Of a stretch of DNA of 64,000 nucleotides, positions 55,518 through 64,000 are shown in pieces. The position numbers and the translations under genes are program-made. The first letter of the stretch is position 1. Each line of letters starts with the position of its first letter. The DNA is from Octopus sinensis (taxonomy: Eukaryota), in contig NC_043019.1 of the NCBI RefSeq assembly GCF_006345805.1, positions 23,497,360-23,561,359 of the forward strand. The letters run 5' to 3'. The notes beneath the pieces are model-generated. The model had not been told where the DNA came from and did no database searches. It saw only the letters and a list, made by a program, of their open reading frames with translations.

Positions 55518-58174
55518 CTGGAAAAAAGAAAAAAAAAACAGATAAATGATTAGAATTTTACTTACGAATTAAAACAGTTTGTTTAAAATAGTTAAAATGG
55601 GAACAGAAACAGACTCAGACAAAAACTTACATCAACCATGTCTCTGTGTTCTTCAGAAACAATATGGTAAAGGTTATTTTTTTCAGCATCTCGAAGGAAT
55701 TCTGTGTTATATTCCTTGTTACAAATTGGTATAAGATTCTACAGAAATTAAAAAAATAAATTACTGAAATAACAATATGTGCAATTTTAAAAGAAAACAA
55801 CAAAAAAAATCTGAAATTACTAATGAATGGCTTCTGAGACTTAATAAAGTTATGTAAAGCAGGCGAGGACTGACAGTGAATTCTGTGAAGAATTTAGTAA
55901 AAAGACATCCACCAAATTCCTAATTCTTCTCTCCCCACTCACCTCATACCTTGAGGGGCCACCTGGATACCTCATTATTATTTATCTCTTTGCAGCTCCA
56001 CCTGATCAATCTCACCCTTTCTTCTAAATGTGAATAGTCATGTAACTCCTCTACAATAATAACCTTTTCTCATACTTGAACCCCTCATCTCATGCCCCAC
56101 CCCCTTCAACTTCCTTGGTTTATATATAGTCTTGCAGTCTGCAAGATAACCTCACTAGTGCAGGTGGTACAAACAAAACACTCAGTCCATACTGTTAGAT
56201 GGTAGATAGTTGGCTTTAGGAAGCCATAAAAACCATGCTGAAGCAGACACTGGACCAGAATGCAGTCGTTGGGCCCACTGGAATCTGTCAAACCATCCAA
56301 CCCATTAAATAATGAGGAATAATAGTCTTCAGTAAAACCCTCACATCAGCTCTCTACCACCTGTTTTAATTCTTCAGTAGATTAAAACTGGATGATTTTT
56401 ATTTGCTGATGCCCTGATTCTAAATTTAGAATCTACCAAAGAGTTGTAGAATATGATCCAAAAATGAAACTATAGCTTAGAGTCCAAAGGACAACATGTC
56501 ATACAGCAAAGACCTAATTGTTGACACAGAGCACTAAACTGGCTTTTCCTGGCTTTGCCTCAAATCACAGCATACTACTTTACAACAGAAGGAAGCATCA
56601 GAAAAAAAAAGTCAGGATGGTCATAACTGGAAACCCTTTCATCACTAGATTGCTTAATCAGGGCTGATCCAGAATAACAACAGTAATAAAAGATTTATGT
56701 TTTGTACAAAAAGTAGACTTTATAGAGAAGCAAAGAAAGATCTACTTAATAATAAATTATATATTTTTAAATAGTTATTCTGAAAGGAAAAAAGCATCTT
56801 AAGAGCTATGAGATAAGTTCAAAAATAAAAATAATTTAAAATATCTAAATATTCTTACTTCAGAAGAAAACATTGCTTCTCTTGGACCAGTGCTTTCTTC
56901 TACTTTTTCAGAAATGATACGTAGTTTGCGGAAACCTAAATTCAAAATCCTCATTTGATCATCAAGTTTATTTTTCTTCTCTTGGTATTGTTGTACATTA
57001 TAAGAAGCACCATTAGGCAACTGCAACAGAGAAATATTGCATTAAACTAATTACAAAAAGAAAGAAAGAAAAAGAAAAAAAAACCCCGATGCATTCATTG
57101 ATGTTTTCAAGAACAATTTAGGGTGAAATATTTTTTACTAGTTTTATTCCAATAGAATCAAAACCTTATTTTTTGGTGTGTGTGTGTGTGTGATTTTTAT
57201 TGGTTCAAAATTTCTTTGACTATCAATTTTATTTGCTTCATGGAAATACTTTACAAATAGATGTGCTTCCAAACACTGAAGTGGGACTCAGCTAAATAGA
57301 ACAGTGCACATGAAAATAACACATTGTTGAAGAATGTAACACTGTGTTACTTCTGTGGCCAGAATCTAAGCCATGAACTAAGGACAAGTAACAGCTTCAA
57401 TATGCTGACGTACATAGAGAGCTGTGCTCTATCACTACACAAGGAGAGACAAAACAAAACTGCATAAAGAGAATCTTTATGCCAAAAGGGGCTCTTCTCT
57501 TGAGAGTACTTGGTGACTTCACCAGTGCTGGTGCCATGCAAAAAAATTTTTTAAATCCCAGTACACTTTGTAAAGTGGTTGGTATTAGGAGGGGCAACAA
57601 TGTCAAAGCAGACATTGGAACTTGGCAAAGGCTTTTTGGCTCCGTCAGCTCCTGTCAAATTATCCAACCCATGCGAGCAAGGAAAAAGGGATGTTATACG
57701 ATGATGATAATTCAAATTAAAATCAATTAAATAAAGGATGAAATCAGCAAAAAGAATTATGATGAAAAATTAAGAGATTATTGGCAGACTTACTGATATG
57801 GTTTTCAGAATACCGAAGATATCTGCAGCTCTTTGTACTGTGTCATGTACAATCTCTTGACCGAGTCGACACAAGGAAACACTATTGACCTCTTTAGGGA
57901 GCTGACCACCTTGTTGGCTTCCTGCGACATTACTTGGTAACTGACTGCTTCCTCCTTGTGATAACATTCCACCACCTGACTGGGGCAGCATGTTGGATTG
58001 TTGAGCGTTTTGTTGCTGATTGGTCTGACCTGCCTGACCATGCATTTGCTGTTGTGATAAAGGTGGGACTAATGCAGACCCCGCCATTTGAGAGGCTTGT
58101 CCTGAGGCTGACATACCTGTATTTAGATATATGTTACTCCCTTGTGATCCTCCATATGAATGATTACCTGCCAT
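55416..58174 (-). CDS. MED30: Mediator complex subunit 30, 4 coding exons, 250 aa
   Basis: KEVNSVSLCRLGQEIVHDTV...LPNGASY...FRKLRII...LKEVIDHIRTIIWEINTM matches MED30 (human REVNTASLCRIGQETVQD...LPNG...FRKLRL...LRNLIWDINAM); all phase-0 GT-AG introns. Confidence 0.95.
55631..55738 (-). CDS. MED30: MED30 coding exon 3 NLIPICNKE...EEHRDMVD
   Basis: ctgtag acceptor, GTAAGT donor, 36 codons; LIP and SEE motifs match. Confidence 0.9.
56859..57020 (-). CDS. MED30: MED30 coding exon 2 LPNGASY...MFSSE
   Basis: ttgcag acceptor, GTAAGA donor, 54 codons. Confidence 0.94.
57794..58174 (-). CDS. MED30: MED30 coding exon 1 (Q/G/S-rich N-terminus + first helix)
   Basis: ttttag acceptor directly abuts ATG; donor GTAAGT at 57793-57788. 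Confidence 0.93.
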
Positions 58175-58327
58175 CTAAAACACCTGTAGTGACAAACAGC
58201 AATTAGGGAAAATGAATTACAAGAAGCAGTTTTTGAACAAAAGTACATGTGCAAAATAAGAGAGAGAGAGAGAGAGAGATGTTTGTTTAGTGGTTTTACT
58301 CTGATGCGAAACCTATACTCTCTCTCT

Positions 58328-58722
58328 CTCTTTTACTCTTTTACTTGTTTCAGTCATTTGACTGCAGCCATGCTGGAGCACCGCCTTTAGTCGAGCAAAT
58401 CGACCCCGGGACTTATTCTTTGTAAGCCCAGTACTTATTCTATCGGTCTCTTTTGCCGAACCGCTAAGTGATGGGGACGTAAACACACCAGCAATGCTAG
58501 GGGGACAAACACAGACACACAAACATATACACACACACTTATATATATATACATATATACGACAGGCTTCTTTCAGTTTCCGTCTACCAAATCCACTCAC
58601 AAGGCATTGGTCGGCCCAGGGCTATAGCAGAAGACACTTGCCCAAGATGCCACGCAGTGGGACTGAACCCGGAACCATGTGGTTGGTTAGCAAGCTACTT
58701 ACAACACAGCCACTCCTGCGCC
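58328..58722 (-). mobile_element. SINE family A, full length, in the MED30 5' intron
   Basis: Complete reverse complement ending CACTCCTGCGCC. Confidence 0.9.
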
Positions 58723-58890
58723 TATCATAATTTTTGTTTTTAAATCTGCCAAAACTTACAAAAAAACAAAAGAGGTTTAAATTTGAAAACTCCGTGTTAC
58801 TTTGTTTAAATGACTGACCATTTATTAATGGGGGTTCATTTAAAATTAAACTTAATTTACCAACTCTCTCCATCAAGCTAAAATTCTTAC

Positions 58891-59300
58891 ATGTTTATCC
58901 AACTTCGTGATTTCTATAAACCAAGGAACATGTGTAATGGTGAAGAAACTTTTTTCCAAAATTTTTCCAACTTCCTGTTTTGCCACACACATACATGAAT
59001 CTATGGGCCAACAGAGAACCTCCATTTGATTTCTCCGGTGGTGGTCGTCTATTTGTTTTATGTAAGTTTTTAAAGGTGTTTTGTAAAATAGCTTTCACGT
59101 AATCTAAATAATACCAAATACTGTGTTGGAATTAATCCCAGTTCAACCTTGATCCAACAGACCTACGGTCAAAGACTTTCCACCCAAATCCACCCCCAGC
59201 TCTATTGATGAAAATACCCGAGTAAACAAGACGGAAGTGGAAGAAAGACGAATTTTACTAGGGATAGGCAGGGGAGGGGAGAATTGATCTTTGAGACACA
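58891..59300 (-). promoter_or_regulatory. Probable MED30 5'UTR exon / promoter
   Basis: Minus-strand donor GTAAGA at 58890-58885; ETS-type CGGAAGTG at 59232-59239; onset of CpG retention. Confidence 0.45.
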
Positions 59301-59662
59301 ATGTATCCAAAACTACATCATTTATTAAGATGCTAGAAAATGAATGAGGGAGATTTGGCTGCCATCCTTCGTTTTCGAAAGAATGTCGATTTGGCTGTTA
59401 TTCTTAGCAAGTCGAAAGACCACTCAGAGCTTCTGGCGTTAGATCATGCAGGATATTGTCTTTAATCAAGCGAGCTTGTTTACTGCGTTTAATTGTTAAA
59501 AGTATTCCACCAAGAAGTGTCGATGTATTTTAATATTCTAACAACGAAAGCATCGATATGTGATCTAGTTGGTTCGGCTTAAGTTTGTTTATTTCGTTCA
59601 GAAATGTCCAACGAGCATATTAATATTCTTTCAACCACAAACAATACGAAGATACAATATTT

Positions 59663-59879
59663 GGTACTACAAGCGAACAGCGGTCCCGGTGCGCGCACTC
59701 GCTAGCTAGTTCTAAGTAGTCGATCCTACAATTTTTTAAACTAAGTAAATAAATTATTTTTATAAACAAACTAGGGTTAGGTTTAAGGGTTAAAAAGTCG
59801 TTGTAGGATCGACTACTTACGACTAGCAAGCGCAGGTGCGCGAGTGCGCACACCGGGACCACTGTTCGCTAGTAGTACC
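59663..59879. mobile_element. Merlin-like MITE
   Basis: GGTACTAC...GTAGTACC termini, ~70-80-bp TIRs, 8-bp TSD CAATATTT. Confidence 0.65.
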
Positions 59880-60648
59880 CAATATTTTCAAAGATAGTAT
59901 ATTAATAATATTTTTTAATATTGTAATCCGTGTCTGTTAGAAGTCAATACTACTTTCTAATTTGAAAATAAACTTAGAACAACAACGAATTCTATAAATT
60001 CTGTTAAACTGAAAAAAATGCCGCAAACACGTTTTCCTTCCGAATCATAACAAAGCTGATAAAAATTTAAAATGAAAAATATTTACTGTGTTTATATGTG
60101 TTTCCTGAAGTATACAATCAGAGAAACGTATTTTTCCAGATGTAAATATTTTACTTACAGAAATAATTCCTGGAAACGTCGACCCAAAATGAAATGAGAT
60201 CAAACCGAGCCAAAACGATATTCCAGCGCCATACTTTTTATGAAAGTGACGTCATTTCCGCTTAGAGTCTCTCCTTGTTTTGTAGTCCCCAGGTCAACCC
60301 TGGTCACACGCACTGGTTCCTAGGACAATTATGTGACGTTTGGCTACGTTGTAATTAATTATTCCCCTGGATCTTTCCTATAATTTGAACAGTCGGACAT
60401 ATCATCATCACACACACATATATATATAAGAGTTAAAACAACTCATATATTTGTCGTAAATATAATAGTCTGTGTAGACAGATGTGTGTGTGTATATATA
60501 TATACACTCCGAGTAACAGCTTTTGTTAAATTTCTGCTGCTTTTAAATAAAGTATATATATATATAAAATTACCTGTTAAAGTTAGTTTCTCTTGTATTT
60601 AAATGTACACTATTATATATATATATATATTTAAATGTACACACACAC

Positions 60649-60688
<40 letters not shown>

Positions 60689-60748
60689 GGCGATGCCCCA
60701 GCATGGCCACAGCTCGTGAGCTGAAACTAGATAAAATATATATATATA

Positions 60749-61244
60749 CTAGCAGTATCGCCCGGCGTTGCTCGTGTTTGTAAGGGAAATAACTATATAA
60801 GCATTTTTAGAGAGTTACTTCCCTTATAAATTCGGGCTTTCTTAGCCATTTTTGTTTTGGTGTCTTCAAGCCATGAAGTCGTTGTTCTAAAAGAACGCTG
60901 GTTTCCTTCACAACGCATTACGACGTTGATTTCTTTACACTCCCTTCCCCACAGCTTCACGAGGGAGGGAAGGGGGAGAAGCAAACAGGTGCAGCTGTGA
61001 GCGTGGACGCCAACTCGACACACGATGCATTTTATGCATTAAAATGGAATAAAAAATGATGTTAAATTATTTTTTAAATCGTAGACTCATCGTTGACGCG
61101 CGCTAATAGTCAGACGGGCTCGATATGAATCACGACTATAAGATACCCGAATTTGGTTAAACTGCACCGCAAAATGTGGGAGGAGTTAGGAATCTAAATC
61201 GAAGGGGACAGACACTCACACAACTAGAGTTTTATATATATAGA
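60749..61244 (-). mobile_element. Non-autonomous Helitron
   Basis: Minus strand A|TCTATATATATAAAA...CACGAGCAACGCCGGG hairpin...CTAG|T. Confidence 0.85.
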
Positions 61245-61897
61245 TATATATAACATAACTACAGATTCTTGCCCCCCTTCCCGACTTTGGATGATCATAA
61301 CATTGTCTACGAATATGTTATATCGTGTAAATTCCGAATATGCAAAACTTTTTTGGGGAAAAGTGTTTTAAGAGGGGTGGGGTGTGGGAATTTCGGAAAA
61401 TTCACCGGCGTCCACTTCAATTCGCCTTAACTTTCAAGAAAATTGATATTTTTTAATGAAATTTTCTACAAATATATCTCGGACTATGTAGATTCCAAGA
61501 ACAGGAATTTGGGGGTTACTTTTGAGGAGCATTCCCCACTCGGGGGTGTTTCGGAACAAGTCCATATTTGTTTCATTTTCTCCGTTTTGTGCATCCGTAG
61601 ATTTCTATTGAAGCGGCAGGCATGAAGCTCGGGTCCGTGTGTATCACATCAGGTTGGAGATGGGAAGGATAGCTTCCCTTTGCAAATACTGATAGGGCAC
61701 AGAAAGTGTGTCAATAGCCAGCTGGAGGAGGTGTTCTCCTGGGGCTACAAGCTACAGTAGCATCCACCTTTAAGAGTTAGCCACATTTAAGGGGCAAATA
61801 TAAATGGAATGTTTCATGAACATTACATATTGATAGAAAGAAAAAATGATTTTATCTGTAACAGACTCTCTCTCTGTTATATATACATAAGTATGGA

Positions 61898-62786
61898 CGT
61901 AGTAGATAACAGCTAGCCTTCGGCCACCCTTTTGCGCCCTGTTGTGTCTACTACTCTGATTGGTTGGTATTGGCGCACGTTTGTCTCTTGCTCTATTGCA
62001 TGCCAATATGCAACCTAACCAATCACAGCCTTCTTATAAGGTCACATGAGAAGTCTCTTCCAAACATCCAGTGATCCGATAGTACTGTATAAAAAGCTAG
62101 CTTCAACACCGTCTTTCGGTTCCAGACCTCTTAAGGTCTAACCACTGACCACAGAGCCAGTTCCAGTGACAACACAACAGCAGCCACATGGAGACTTGAC
62201 TTCGTCCAGCAGCATTCAGGACTTCCATCTCCATTGCCAACAACATCTCTCTACGTACACAGCCACCAGCAACCGTCACACAGGTTCTATCTCAACACTG
62301 TTTGTGTATTACTTCACCATGGCTAACAGCAAATACAACCTGTGAGAGCTCCTGTAACAAGTAACCGTCTCTGCATAGTAGCCACAGCTTCACACATGAC
62401 ACGTGCCTCAATTGGTTCCGCATTGCAGCCTCAACTTCTTGTTACTGCACTTCAACTATCGTGTGCCTTGACTATGAACTGGTATTTATCATCCTTGTGT
62501 CTGAACATTCTTCTAGCGTCCTATTATAGACTCTTTCAATACTCACTATTTTATTGCACTCACATACACACTTTGTATACATGACAGCCTGTCTATTATT
62601 ATGCATATGTGATGCACACAAAGACACACATGTTAACCTATCAATAGAATCTTCTCTTAAACATTCTACCGGTTGTGTCTCTCTTTCCCTTCTGGCACTC
62701 ATACTCATTTATATTTATTGTAATCGACCGTGTGGCATACTAAAGGAGCCATTCTCATCACCCCTCCTTTGCACCGTCATTCTACA
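61898..62786 (+). mobile_element. Possible solo LTR-like element
   Basis: CCAAT boxes (CTGATTGG, ACCAATCAC), TATA-like GTATAAAAAG, ends (C)GTAG...CTACA; no TSD found. Confidence 0.25.
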
Positions 62787-63679
62787 ATTTCTTAGATAGC
62801 TGCAGCATGGAAGAGGCATTTAACAACACACAAAACTGTTAAATTCACTTTTATTTCATGAGGTATGTCAACATACAGTCTCAGATCAAGTACAACTTCA
62901 AGATTTCTGAGATACGTAAAAGAAGAGCCTAAGAAAATATTTCTAACAATCTCAGCAGTTAGAATTTAGTTTGTGTGTGTGTGAATGTGTGTGCTCATGT
63001 CAGACTATGTATTCCATAATCCAAAAGCTACTGAATATTCATGCTTTCGGTTCAAAGAACTATTTTTTCAGATTATAAATATGTTGTTCAACTTGATTCA
63101 CAAAAACTGGAAACATTGGATCAGATAGACACAGATGCAGGATTTTATCAAGTCTTTCTTCTTTGAATTTACTTGCCTGATATGCTCTACTCAGTTCTGT
63201 TTGGTCTTGCTTCAGTAAGATCTGGCACATAGATATATATATATATAAGTAAAGATAGTTTTATTTAAAAAAAAAAGACAAGAAATCTTTCATTTACTTC
63301 TCCACTTACATAAGAACAAAAATATGATTACAACACATAAGACGGGGTGGACTGGTAGACATTAGAGTATTGTAACCAATACTCTGGCTCTCTGTATGCT
63401 GAGTTTAAACTCTGCGAAGGCCAGGTTTACTTTTAATCCCTGGGACTGATAAATAAAATACCAGTCAAATACAATTACTGATTTCTCACCCCTCTCTGTC
63501 TGGCTCTTCTCCCTATCTTTATAGATATATAATGTTAGAACAAGGATCAATTTGTTTGACTAAACCCCTTAAGGTAGTGCCCCAGCATGGCCACCATAAT
63601 TTTGTGGACAAAACAAGAAAGAAAGGGACTGGTTATACTTTCTTCAGTTTTATATAAGCCGTCTCTCCTTTGTGTCAAC

Positions 63680-63931
63680 CAGGGTCCATATAGCCCTTGC
63701 AGGTCCACAGGAGGTTTTGTTGTGAAAAATTATCTGCAATAAATTAGTTATACTTCAATAAGACGCAAAATATTTTCACAACTTTTTTTTAACAGTTTCT
63801 AAAAATATTTAATTACAAAAATATAATAGGATTTTTTAAAACATCAAATGGTTACAAGGATCCATCAGAGTGAAACAAGAAATTAGTGGGGGTGGTGGGG
63901 TCCCTAGATAAAAAAGGGTTGAGAACCACTG
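63680..63931. mobile_element. hAT MITE
   Basis: Ends GGTTGAGAACCACTG; flanks GTGTCAAC / GTGTAAAC. Confidence 0.65.
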
Positions 63932-64000
63932 GTGTAAACAGTTAAAATTGTAAGGCATATATATATATATAATACATATATACCTAATTAAATTACTATA

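Larger units (their letters stand above)
59100..61600. promoter_or_regulatory. CpG-retaining promoter-like zone upstream of MED30
   Basis: Visibly CG-rich relative to the CpG-depleted introns; contains GTGACGTCATTTCCGC at 60246-60261 (CRE+ETS). Confidence 0.5.

Overview
AT-rich, repeat-dense animal genomic DNA, most likely a coleoid cephalopod (Octopus-like; inferred from the repeat families and intron style, not from a search). Two convergent housekeeping genes dominate. (1) CWC22 (+): 17 phase-consistent coding exons from 20844 to 50459, including a 3.27-kb exon that encodes a ~1,080-aa charged low-complexity N-terminus, plus a probable 35-nt first coding exon at 8941-8975. My exon arithmetic gives ~2,071 aa versus 908 aa in human. 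(2) MED30 (-): 4 coding exons from 58174 to 55416, 250 aa. CpG-retaining promoter-like zones lie at ~6.7-10.9 kb and ~59.1-61.6 kb. The rest is tRNA-derived SINEs; LINE ends (CR1, RTE, CRE); hAT, mariner, piggyBac, Merlin-like and Helitron elements; and microsatellites. Most ORFs in the track are repeat artefacts. Best leads: a tRNA-headed retroposon carrying a minimal hammerhead-ribozyme motif (30974-31300); a second hammerhead-like motif (38472-38509); a CRE retrotransposon fragment flanked by ~134-bp direct repeats; the giant CWC22 exon; possible A-to-I restorable codons; and minus-strand exon-like islands inside CWC22 introns.
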